NCBI GenBank assembly: GCA_030390025.1
Contig: JASTWF010001722.1
Coordinates: 1-63,000, forward strand
Direction of reading: 5' to 3'
Length of the DNA: 63,000 nucleotides
Origin: Squalus acanthias
Lineage: Eukaryota
The translations under genes and the position numbers were made by a program. Every line of letters begins with the position of its first letter. Position 1 is the stretch's first letter. Under the pieces are notes generated by a model. The model saw only the letters and a list, made by a program, of their open reading frames with translations. It was not told the origin of the DNA and did not search any database. Positions 49,201-61,305 of this stretch are shown piece by piece.

Positions 49201-50600
49201 GGGCAATTGTTAACCCACTAGACCCACACTCCCCCACCAGAGAGAGGGGAAAGGGCAATTGTTAACCCACTAGACCCACACTCCCCCACTAGAGAGAGGG
49301 GAAAGGGCAATTGTTAACCCAGTAGACCCGCACTCCCCCACCAGAGAGAGGGGAAAGGGCAATTGTTAACCCACTAGACCCGCACTCCCCCACCAGGGAG
49401 AGGGGAAAGGGCAATTGTTAACCCACTAGACCCACACTCCCCCACCAGGGAGAGGGGAAAGGGCAATTGTTAACCCAATAGATCCACACTCCCCCACTAG
49501 AGAGAGGGGAAAGGGCAATTGTTAACCCACTAGACCCGCACTCCCCCACCAGAGAGAGGGGAAAGGGCAATTGTTAACCCAATAGATCCACACTCCCCCA
49601 CTAGAGAGAGGGGAAAGGGCAATTGTTAACCCACTAGACCCGCACTCCCCCACCAGAGAGAGGAAAGGACAATTGTTAACCCACTAGACCCGCACTCCCC
49701 CACCAGAGAGAGGAAAGGGCAATTGTTAACCCTCTGTACCCCCACTCCCCCACCAGAGAGAGGGGAAAGGGCAATTGTTAACCCACTAGATCCCCACTCC
49801 CCCACCAGAGAGAGTGGAAAGGGCAATTGTTAACCCACTAGACCCCCACTCCCCCACCAGAGAGAGGGGAAAGGGCAATTGTTAACACCCTGTACCCCCA
49901 CTCCCCACCAGAGAGAGGGGAAAGGGCAATTGTTAACCCACTAGACCCCCACTCCCCCACCAGAGAGAGGGGAAAGGGCAATTGTTAACCCACTAGACCC
50001 ACACTCCCCCACCAGAGAGAGGGGAAAGGGCAATTGTTAACCCACTAGACCCACACTCCCCCACTAGAGAGAGGGGAAAGGGCAATTGTTAACCCAGTAG
50101 ACCCGCACTCCCCCACCAGAGAGAGGGGAAAGGGCAATTGTTAACCCACTAGACCCGCACTCCCCCACCAGGGAGAGGGGAAAGGGCAATTGTTAACCCA
50201 CTAGACCCACACTCCCCCACCAGAGAGAGGGGAAAGGGCAATTGTTAACCCAATAGATCCACACTCCCCCACTAGAGAGAGGGGAAAGGGCAATTGTTAA
50301 CCCACTAGACCCGCACTCCCCCACCAGAGAGAGGAAAGGACAATTGTTAACCCACTAGACCCGCACTCCCCCACCAGAGAGAGGAAAGGGCAATTGTTAA
50401 CCCTCTGTACCCCCACTCCCCCACCAGAGAGAGGGGAAAGAGCAATTGTTAATCCACCGTACCGCCACTCCATCACCATTGACCTTGGGGGAAAGGCCAA
50501 TTATGAAGCCACTGTACCCTCCACTCCCCCATTAGAGAGCTGGGGAAAGGGCAATTGTTAATCCGCTGTACCTCCCATTTCCCCACCCGAGAGAGAGGGG
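46250..50600. repeat. 4.3-kb minisatellite, 52-53-bp unit (CCCACCAGAGAGAGGGGAAAGGGCAATTGTTAACCCACTGTACCCCCACTCC)n, in the IgM Cmu4-TM1 intron
   Basis: About 80 homogeneous units. Confidence 0.97.
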
Positions 50601-51684
50601 GGGGCGAGTAAACCAATCTGTATTATATAAAGTCAGTTGTTATTAGTAAAAGTCAGCTTCTAACTCACTGTCCGAAAATGTTAAAATTGCCCCATGGAAA
50701 TCATATTGTAAAATAAATATTTTTTCATCGTATTATCTTTAAATAGGTTTTGGGGTAAATATGTCCCTTTTATTCGTAAACTAACAGGTTGTATTCTAAC
50801 AGTCCAGATCTAAACTGGTGATTGAATCCTCTCCTGGTTTCTCCCGGTTTTGTTTCTGATGGAGCTGAGGCCCATTGGTTGAAATGTTGCATTCCACCCG
50901 CTCTGTGCACACTTACACATAAACACACACAGACTTACACACAAACACACATTAACACACTGACACAGAATATTACACATACCCAGATTAAAATACACTC
51001 AACACAGAAACATAAACTAAAGCAAAACAAGTGATAGTCATACATACATCGGCAAACACTAAAGCGCACAGAAACATCAGGCTATAGAAGAATGTAGAGT
51101 TAAAGTGCACTTTTTGAACAATCTCCAACGATTGTACTGAATAAATAATTCCTGATAACAATACATCTCAAATTTTTCTATTCCGGTCCTACACATACAC
51201 TGAATCAAAGTTCCTAGTTGGAAACTGAGACAATTTAATTATGTTCAGAGCATTGCCATAACTAATAAAAATAAATAAGCTTATAGCTCACATCTGATCT
51301 CTTACCCTGTCACCTTGACACTCTCCAAATAAGTAGCTATCTAAACCTATCGTTAAAATAATCGATATCAATCAGTAAACCTGCCTCGATATTTCATCAT
51401 ATTAGTCCCGAACGATAGATCGTAAGAAATTGATGGAAAATCACGTTTAATAATATCACGTTTTCCAACACGGACTACATGAGGATCGTAAAGGAAGAGC
51501 GACTGTGGAGTTAGGAACAGAGATAGATGCTGAGAGTTATTCACTTCACACAAGATATATATTGAAAATAAAATTAGAGAAAAAACTAAGACCTTAAGGA
51601 AAGGAAAAGAGAATACATAATAATAAAATGATATCCTGGATTAATAGACGATCTGAATATATTTCCTCCTCTACATCCCCGTAG

Positions 51685-51812
51685 ATTCCTCAGAACACAT
51701 CTGGATTGAAGACTTTGAGGACGAGAGCGAAAACATCAGGACAATCGCTTCCACATTCATCATCCTGTTCTTCCTCAGCATGTCCTACAGCGCTGCCGTC
51801 ACTCTGGTGAAG
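51685..51812 (+). pseudogene. IGHM: IgM transmembrane exon TM1
   Basis: cgtAG|(D)SSEHIWIEDFEDESENIRTIASTFIILFFLSMSYSAAVTLVK|GTGAG; CART-type motif; phase matches the Cmu4 donor at 42977. Confidence 0.9.
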
Positions 51813-51952
51813 GTGAGAAGATTCAATCCACTCACACTTCGAACTGACTGAAGCGGTTTGACAAATCTCTAAAAGTTTCATTGATAAAAACCCTGAGCTA
51901 AATGTCCCAGACCACTAAAACTCTGCTACATTCTTTTATCCCTCTTTTACAG

Positions 51953-52414
51953 GCCAGGAGATGGTTGAATTTTGGACGCCGTGGATTTTCCTCATCTTTT
52001 TATTAACGTCGCTGTGTTCTGAATATAAAATATGTCCTCTTGGTGAATCTCAAAGTAAAATGCCCCCAGTTAAAAGATCCGAATCTATAGCTGAGAAAAA
52101 TACAAACGGGATTTCCGTCTTTCTGTTTGAAATGTGTGAGTTAATCGTGGCTATAATGTAAATGTATCTTAGAGTTGTTTGAATATTTCACGTGTAAATA
52201 AGTCACTTTTCTCATTCCTAATTCACAATTGTTCCCTACCCTTTATGCGGAGCCCCTGTTTTCTCTCTCTGGTGTCTGTTGCAGATGTACAGATAGCTGG
52301 CAGCTCAGACCGACTGTGTTCAGTTCTCAATGTGACGCTCAGTTATTATATTCACTTTGTGTTACCTTATTAAACCGTTCTCTGTAAATCCTACTCTGTG
52401 AAATTGTTAATAAA
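51953..52414 (+). pseudogene. IGHM: IgM TM2 exon and 3' UTR
   Basis: Polypyrimidine tract + ttacAG 140 nt after TM1; reads ARRWLNFGRRGFSSSFY*; AATAAA at 52409. Confidence 0.6.
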
Positions 52415-52789
52415 TCTGGAATGACAAATTGACTAACTTAGACTTTGCTGATTTCCTTTCTCCGAGGTCCTCCACACCACTCTATTTTCCCTCTCGCACT
52501 TTCTTTATTTCCCCGACAGGTATCTTTCATCCTTCCTGTCTGGGTTGTCATTGAACTCAAGTCTCTTCGGTTAAGGAGCCGCTGCGTCACCCAGTGTCCC
52601 ATCAGAGAAAATACACCTTTACCCAGACATTTTTATGTCAAGCCCGAAAGGTGCAATGACTGCACAGTGACCAAGTAGTCTCCTCTAATATTATGATCTG
52701 TAGAGTCACATGTCAGGTTCTATTAACGAGCAGGTCGCTGCTCCATCACAGCCTGATACAGTGCAGTACATGGCACAGTAAATCTCCCA

Positions 52790-53890
52790 CTAAACGCCCC
52801 ATCAAACACTCCCAGGGCAGGTAGAGCACGGGTCAGATACAGAGTAAAGCTCGTCAACACTGGCCCATCAAACACTCCCAGGGCAGGTACAGCACGGTTA
52901 GATACAGAGTAAAGCTCCCTCTAGACTGTCCCATCACACATTCCCAGGGCAGGTCCAGCACGGTTAGATACGGAGTAAAGCTCCCTCTACACTGTCCCAT
53001 CTCACATTTCCAGGGCAGGTGCAGCACGGGTTAGATACAGAGTAAATCTCCCTCTACACTGTCCCATCAAACACTCCCAGGGCAGGTACAGCACGGTTAG
53101 ATACAGAGTAAAGCTCCCTCTACACTGTCCCATCTCACATTTCCAGGGCAGGTACAGCAAGGGTTAGATACAGGGTAAATCTCCCTCTACACTGTACCAT
53201 CAAACACTCCCAGGGCAAGTACAGCACGGTTTAGATATAAAGTAAGTCTCCCTCTACACTGCCCATCAAACACTCCCAGGGCAGGTGCAGCACGGGTCAG
53301 ATACAGAGTAAAGCTCCCTCTACACTGTCCAATCAAACACTCCCAGGGCAGGTACAGCACGGGTTAGATACAGAGTAAACCTCCATCTACACTGTCCCAT
53401 CAAACACTCACAGGGCAGGTGCAGCACGGGTTTGATACAGAGTAAAGTTCCCTCTACACTGTCCCATCAAACACTCCCAGGGCAGATACAGCACGGGTTA
53501 GATACAGAGTAAAGCTCCCTCTACACCGTGCAATCAAACACTCCCAGGGCAGGTACAGCACGGGTTAGATACAGAGTAAAGTTCCCTCTACACTGTCCCA
53601 TCAAACACTCCCAGGGCAGATACAGCACGGGTTAGATACAGAGTAAAACTCCCTCTACAGTGTCCCATCAAACACTCCCAGGGCAGGTACAGCATGGGTT
53701 AGATACAGAGTAAAGCTCCCTCTACAATGTCCCATCAAACACTCCCAGGGCAGGTACAGCACTGGTTAAATACAGAGTAAAGTTCACTCTACACTGTCCC
53801 CATCAAACACTTCCAGGGCAGGTACAGCACGGGTTAGATACAGAGTAAAGCTCCCTCTACACTTTCCCATCAAACAGTCCCAGGCCAGGT
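52790..53890. repeat. 67-bp tandem repeat (about 16 copies)
   Basis: Unit ccatcaaacactcccagggcaggtacagcacgggttagatacagagtaaagctccctctacactgtc. Confidence 0.95.
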
Positions 53891-54384
53891 ATAGTACGGT
53901 TCGATATCTGACACAGACACGCCTGGGAGCTCAACACCTGGGAGTGATTCTCAGAGCCTTGTGCCAATCAGACACACAAGCACTACCTCGACCGTTTTCT
54001 GTTATACACATAGACACTCCATTTTTCAGTAGTACACACAAAGTGTCTCCCGCTTTTAGACCGTATTTGAGACAGATGAGAGGAGGGATCACATCGTGTC
54101 CGCGGGTATTTTTGTGTCTTCTGGGCAAATGGGATATAGGTTGTGTGATAGACGGGCAAAATGCAATTCTGTTTCAATATAATTTTAGTTTTGTTCAGGC
54201 CACATTTGCGAGTGGAACCCTCCTCACGGGCCGGGCTCTATAGAATGTATTTTTTATTGGAATAACCTCTTTAAAGGAGTCGCGAGTCCAAATGTTTTAC
54301 AAAGACCACGGAGAAGAGTAATCACTTCCAAAACTTCTCCAATCTCAGCAACACCCATTAACCCTGACCCTCTGTCTCCTGATT

Positions 54385-55602
54385 CCTGATTACCTTTCTC
54401 CCTTATCTCCTCCATTCCCTCTGACACCATCTACCTGATCTCATTGAACCTCACCCCAGGGATCCTTTCTCCCTGCTCTCCTCCAGTCCTTCTGATACCA
54501 TCGACCTGATCTCATTGAACATCACCCCAGGGATTCTTTCTCCCTGCTCTCCTCCATTACCTCTGATACCATCTACCTGAACTCATTGATCATCACCCCA
54601 GGGATTCTTCCTCCCTGCTCTCCTGCAGTCCCTCTGATACCATCTACCGGAACTCATTGATCATCACTCCAGGGATCCTTTCTCCCTGCTCACCTCCATT
54701 CCCACTTGTACCATCTCCCTCACCTCATTGAATATCACCCCAGAAATCCTTTCTCCCTGCTCTGTACCATGCCCCCTGATATCATCTCCCTGAACTCACT
54801 GATCATCTCCCCAGGGATACTTTCTCTCGGCTCTCCTCCATTCCCACTGACACCATCTACCAGAACTCACTGATCATCACCCCAGAGATCCTTTCTCCCT
54901 GATCTCCTCTATTCCCTCTGATACCATCTATCGGAACTCACTGATCATCACCCCAGGTATTATTTCTCCCTGCTCTCCTCCATTCCCTCTGATACCAAAT
55001 ACCTGAACTCACGGATCATCACCCCAGGAATCCTTTCTCCCTGATCTCCTCTATTCCCTCTGATACCATCTACCTGAACTCACTGAACATCACCCCAGGG
55101 ATCCTTTCTCCCTGCTCTCCTCCATTCCCTCTCATACCATCTACCTGAACTCATTGATCATCACCCCAGGGATCCTTTCTCCCTGCTCTCCTCCATTCCC
55201 ACTTGTACCATCTCCCTCAACTCACTGAATATCACCCCATGGATCCTTTATCCCTGCTCTGTACCATGCCCCCTGATACCATCTCCCTGAACTCACTGGT
55301 CATCACCCCAGGGATCCTTTCTCCCTGATCTCCTCTATTCCCTCTGATACCATCTACCTGAACTCACTGAACATCACCCCAGGGATCCTTTCTCCCTGCT
55401 CTCCTCCATTCCCTCTCATACCATCTACCTGAACTCATTGATCATCACCCCAGGGATCCTTTCTCCCTGCTCTCCTCCATTCCGTCTGATACCATCTACC
55501 TGAACTCAGTTAACATCACCCCAGAGATCCTTTCCCTCTGCTTTCCTCCATTCCCACTGACACTATCGACCTGAACTAACTGAACATCACCCCAGGGATC
55601 CA
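54385..55602. repeat. 71-bp pyrimidine-rich tandem repeat (about 17 copies)
   Basis: catcacccc at 55088 recurs at 55159. Confidence 0.95.
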
Positions 55603-55640
55603 TTCTGACTTTCGCTCCCTTTTCCCCTGAAGTGTGAAAC

Positions 55641-56155
55641 CTTGCCCCTCGCTGTCTCATCTTTTTTTCGGAGCCTCCCGACCACGGGAAGATCTCCAGA
55701 GATTCCTGGTTAGACCCGAGAATCTTCCGCCAGTTTCCTTCTGATGTGGCGATGCTTTTCCTCTAAACTCATGGGGCCCAGGCGTGAGGTCTCCTGTAGT
55801 ATAAAAGCACAACGAGCTGCGGGAGGGAAAATCAACGGATATACTGAAGGGGCTTGGAAGTAAGTTTGGGAATGGATGGATTTTGTGATTAAACTCTGTC
55901 TCTGCCCAAACTAACTCCCGCCCCTCTAAGCTACGATTACCCTTAGCCATCGCTGTTTCTCCCCGTCTCTCTGTTCTGTCTGCAGGCTCGGCTTTTCTCA
56001 GGAGGTGCAGGGCTTCTTTAAGAGGCTGCACAAACTGGGGCTCTTTATCGCTGGACGAAGGCTGGAGACGGCCCGTGACACCCTGACCCTGAATCAGTCG
56101 GAGAATCTGCCAATCAGGGTACTCCGACGGACTGAAACGATTGTGGCGTCATGCA
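55641..56155 (-). pseudogene. Unidentified spliced coding relic (candidate exons 56155-55941 and 55816-55641)
   Basis: AG/GT-bounded segments joined in phase 1; one stop in each exon; no family recognised. Confidence 0.35.
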
Positions 56156-57874
56156 CTGCAGGGCAAACCAGCGGCTATGTTTGTCTTTCGTTACCTTGAT
56201 GATCTTTGTGTGACGTGCTGTCGGCCATGAATGCCTGACGTTACCGGCCAGGTTTGTGTAACGTGCTGTCGGCCATGTTTTTGTGACGTAACACGCTGCG
56301 CATATCTGCCGTTAATTTAATTAAAATAGCTCGATTAAAAGGAGAATAACTTCAATTTCCTTCAAATTAAAGCAGTTCGATCTTGATCGATATAAGTAAA
56401 AGTTTGGCAGGTGAGAGAATGAAAGAGCAGTCGTTAATGCGGTTGGTGAGGTACGCACGTGCGAACAGTTCTCCCAGAATGCAACGCGGCCCGTGTCACA
56501 ATGAGGCGTTTCACTGCCGCTGTGAATTGTGGGAGCCGCAGCCCTCCAGGGCCGAGTCATTAACTGAGTGAATCCAAACCCAACCTCCTTCAGCTGGGAG
56601 CTGCCCGGGTTGTTGATCCCAACCGACTGCGTGTTTCCTATTGAGCCGAGAGAATCTCTGAGCAGATTAAACGTCTAATGCAGGAATTGCATTAAAACAT
56701 AGCTAAGTGGCCTACTCCTGTTCCTATGTTCCTGTAAATTAAAGGAGGTGTCGACCGCTCAGCAACTCAATTGGTGAATGACGGATTCAACCGAAGAAAG
56801 GGAAAGAAGAAACTTTACTGGTCCTTGTGGAAACAGGCGGACAATCAATTTAAGCCTTAGGGTGAAATATCAAAACGGCAAAAGATACAATTTTACGCTA
56901 GGAATGCATTTTCACACTTCTCACCAGATCATCTTAAACCTGACTTTTAATTTGCAGAAGTGACCAAGGGACCATCGAGTGAGACGGAGACAGGCTGGAG
57001 AAGCTATTCCTCTGAGGACAGGTGAACTCACCAATTTAACTCGAGTGAATTCTGCGAGGACAAAACGATTTTAAATCACTTAGTTGCTGGTGGGTGACCT
57101 TATTTCCAGTAACGTTAGTTCAGTGGTAAATGGCCGACTCTGTGTGTGAACTCCTGTATAACACGTGCCGAGATCGACGGCCGGGTGATTCCATGGGATT
57201 TGCTGCCATCGAGTGGAAATAATTAGACTTACTCCCCGGAATTTTGCCTTCAATTCGGTGAAGATAATTCAATGTTACCCTTGTCAGACATTCAGAAGGA
57301 GATTTTGCCAAAACGGTTGTGACAATTAAATAGTTTTATTAACTACAAGACAAAGCACAGTTAATAAGTCAGATTACTAACAATCTTATCAGCTAAGGCC
57401 ACAGATACAATAGAAGTGATATTACCCGTTCCTAATGTGAGCAGCGTCGACATCTTGCTCCTTGACTGCCTCAAGCTCGTATCTTTCAGGTTTTTTGATC
57501 TTGTTTGTGCTGTGCCTGTTCTAATCTTAGCAACGTCTTGTTAACGTGATGGAAACATGTCAACAACTTCTGCTCATTTTTAATTAATACTTAACACGCT
57601 AACCCATTTAATCATCATGTAAATTATATCATTATCTTTAGTGTTTCTGCGCGACGTTATCTAGTCTTTGTGCATTGTTCTTTACACGGTTTGCACCTCA
57701 CCATCTCAACTTTTCTGATACAGTCTCTATTAGGCTTGTTTTCAGTCGGTCTTCTGACTATCTGGCCGGTGCCCAGAGCACACAATGTCTGTCCTTGCAG
57801 ATTATTAGTCCATTAATGTTTGTTCATCGGCTTCTAATCTTGTCCTCAATGTGACCTCCCGGACCGGCTTAAAA

Positions 57875-58474
57875 TACAGATTACATAGTATTACACAGGA
57901 TATACGGCACCGAAGCAGGCCATTCGGCCTAACCAGTCCATGCCGGCGTTTATGCTCCACTCGAGCCTCCTCTCATCTTTCCTCATCTAACTCTATCAGC
58001 ATAACCCTCTGTTCCCTTCCCCCTCATATGCTTGTCTAGCCTCCCCTTAAATGTATCTATACTATTCGCTTCAACCACTCCCTGTGGTATCGAGTTCCAC
58101 ATTCTCACCACTCTCTGGGTAAAGAAGTTTCTCCTGAATTCCCTATTGGATTTCTTGGTGACTATCTTATATTGATGGCCTCTAGTTATGCTCTTCCCCA
58201 CAAGTGGAAACACTCCCTCTGTATCTACTCCATCAAAACAATTCATAATTTTAAAGACCTCTATTAGGTCACCCCTCAGCCTTCTTTTTTCAAGAGAAAA
58301 GTGACAAAACCTGTTCATCCTTCCCTGACAGGTATACCCTCACATTTCTGGTATCATCCTTGTAAATCTTCTCTGCACCCTCTCCAGTGCCTGAATAAAT
58401 GTTTTATAATATGACGAACAGACCTGTACAAAGTGCTCCAAGTGTGGTCTAACCAAGGTCCGATGCAAATTTAG
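57875..58474 (-). mobile_element. CR1 3' fragment
   Basis: FSLEKRRLRGDLIEVFKI...FFTQRVVRMWN; cut off by the Harbinger end. Confidence 0.88.
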
Positions 58475-59686
58475 AACCCGAAAATTAGACCTAATACGCG
58501 AGAGTACGCACTGTGCACTCTCGCGTATTAGGTCTCGAATTGCCGGTTTCCTGCATGCACTGCGCATGCGCGGGAAACCGGCATTTCGTGTGGCTTCACC
58601 TGAAGGGATCTCCGTGGAATCGCGTGCGCAGGAGATTCTGCGCGTGCGTCAAGAACTTGGATATTTTACTGAATGGTGGTAGTGTGTGTAAGCTCCTAGC
58701 AATTACACATGTAAAAAGCAGGAGTAAGCCGTTTTCGATGGCTCCGGAGACAGCAGGAGGAATACATATTTTAGCAGTGGGATTACTTAAGTGAGCTTTT
58801 GTAAATCGGAAAGCCAGCAAAGTCTTAGGTAAGTTTGCAATTTTAAAAAAAGTTTAAAAACGGGTTTTGACCATTTGGAGTAGTATAGCAACTGTGGGTG
58901 TGTACAAGGCATATTGATTAAGGTTTCTATCATAAATGTGAAAATGAATGTTTAAAAATGAACTATTTACATTTCAAAAAGTTTTAAAGATGAAAATGAT
59001 CATCAATTATATTCCTCTAAGTAAGTATGTATGTATGTATGTATGTATGTATGCATTAATTTATGAAAATGTTACAGTTCTGGAAAATCATCTCGGGCCA
59101 TGAGGCGGGTAGACGTGTTCCCAATCCGATAGTGCACGTTTCCCACCATAGCCAGACCTGATTTTACAGCCACTCACTTTACTAAAGTTACTTTAACAAC
59201 TATTCCCATTTTTTCATTGCAACTTTCTGTTTAAAGAGGAAGCCTGTGAGGGAGAAAGCTGCCCTTTCACAATCAATTCCTGTTCCTCTGTGGGATTTTG
59301 TATCAGAGAATTTTAGACGCCAGGCGACAAAACAGACGGAGGAACCAAGCCCGTTTCCTCGTGAGAAGGAGAAACTACTACCCACCAAATAGAGTGTACA
59401 GGGAGAGGCTGTCATTTGAGATGCTGTCGGAGGAGTTGTGTGTGAGGAGGCTGCGCTTCAGTAAAGAGTCAATGGCCGAATCTGTGACATGTTAAAGGAT
59501 CACCTTCAAACACGCTCGAAGAGCCGCACTGCATTATCAGTGAGCATGAAGGTAACCACAGCACTGAACTTCTTTGCAAGTGGGACTTTTCAGGCAAGCA
59601 CCGGTGACATTTTCAACATATCCAAGAATGCTGCGAGGGCCAGCATTCACCAGGTCACAGAAGCCATTTTCCGTAGGGCTTCAGAG
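58475..59686 (+). mobile_element. Truncated PIF/Harbinger transposon: left end + 5' part of a HARBI1-like transposase
   Basis: Left end matches the MITEs; RVYRERLSFEMLSEELCVRRLRFSKE / TALSVSMKVTTALNFFASGTFQASTGDIFNISK...IHQVTEAIFRRA is a Harbinger transposase N-terminus; one frameshift near 59490; DDE core absent. Confidence 0.85.
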
Positions 59687-60141
59687 ATCGTATTTGAATG
59701 GATTCACCACATTTTAACTCCGTGTCTCCCATTCATTCTGATTTTGCTGTTCAATGCTCTGACCGTCAGACACATTCTAGCGGCCAGCAGAGCCCGCAGG
59801 AGACTCCGGGCCCACAGCAATGGGGAGAATCAGAGTGACCCAGAGATGGAGAGCCGGAGAAAGTCCATCGTCTTACTCTTCTGTATCTCGGGCAATTTCA
59901 TCCTGTTACATGTGTTATTACTGAGAACTTTCCTCGCTGTCCAGATTGCGAAAGTTACTTATTTCACATGTTCGATTTCAATGAATCAAATTTTATTCTG
60001 GAGGAAAGCGGATATATGCTACAGTTTTTGAGTTCCTGCATCAACCCGTTTATTTATGCAGGGACCCAGAGTAAATTCAGAGAGGAGTTAAAGAATGGGG
60101 TGAAATATCCACTGAGTCTCATTGTTAAATTATTGAAATGA
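59687..60141 (+). pseudogene. GPR139-like GPCR 3' fragment (TM5-TM7), frameshifted
   Basis: WIHHILTPCLPFILILLFNALTVRHIL...DPEMESRRKSIVLLF; after a frameshift near 59970, SGYMLQFLSSCINPFIYAGTQSKFREELKNGVKYPLSLIVKLLK*. Confidence 0.9.
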
Positions 60142-61305
60142 TGAAAATAGTAAAGTATATCATGAATTGTTACTTATATTCCATGTTGTGTCTTCTTGTC
60201 CCTGTCAGACATGGCCTCCCCTCCCAGCTACACAGCCATTCACTCTAAGATCCTTACCCAATGTGAATTTAATAATGTATGAGGAACACTGCATCAGCGC
60301 ACAATTCAGTGTTGTAATCTGTTCTCAGTTAGTTTCCAGTTCTCTTGTCGGTGCTGACTCGGGCCTCGTACATTCCCACCAGCCCCGAGAGCCCTAGAGT
60401 ATCTCTACATTCATGTGGATTCCGACCTCTGATCGGTGATTGGATATCAAGTTTAACTGTTTAATGAAGGGACCCAATGTCCCTCCTGGGAATTGTTTGG
60501 ATCTTGAGGCTCGGACACGCTCTGAAATGGGAGCACGCGCTGTCCCCACGCATTGTTCTCCGCTCACTCGGCACCGCCCCACAGCCGCACTCCTGTGTCC
60601 AGAAACACAGGAACAGAGGAATTGCTGGAGTATTAAGACACTTTCTGCTCTTTTTATTGGACAATTTGGACGACACCCACAGTGTCATTAAACAAACTAA
60701 AATTAATCTAACGAACTTTATAAAGGGTCACAAACAATTATCATAAAAATCATACAAATAGGAATCTGATCAAAGTAAATGAGAATATTATCTTCGCAAT
60801 CTTTTATACACCCAAGTCTAGTTCGCTTTCTACCATCCTGGTAGTCCCCCGATACAATGATAATAATGTTGACTAATCACAGCGATCAATCTCTATCGAT
60901 TAGTCTACAACAGGCCCAGATATGAGGTGAGGAAAACCCCAGTGGTGGAGAGCTTTAGGAAACATTGGACCACAGTCACCTGTTCCTCCCAAGTACACTG
61001 CACTTACCACATGTCATGTCTCTAATTACTCACATACTGTGTCCCCAAGTGGTATTCCAGGAATGATATCCAATTAATTTGTATTTGAATGAATCAACAC
61101 TAACTGCTTCCACCGTCTCCCTAGGCAGCCTGTCCATAGATTGACCACTCACTCACTGAAATACTGTTTCAGCAGATTGGGTTTGAATTGACCTCCTTCA
61201 AGCCCAGGCCGCGTCCTCTGGTTCTACTGTCTGGACAAGGTGAAATAACTTGTCGTGCTCTACATTATCTGCTCCATTTAGAATTCTAAAAACAGCAATC
61301 ATATT

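Noticed and set aside
46250-50600. CRISPR-like pattern of constant repeat plus variable spacer
   Set aside because: The 'spacers' are about 17-bp variants of one another, there are no cas genes, and the context is vertebrate; it is a minisatellite
57120-57311. Ig V-like motif TESAIYH
   Set aside because: No conserved Cys/Trp framework or RSS, and it is on the opposite strand to the IgM exons
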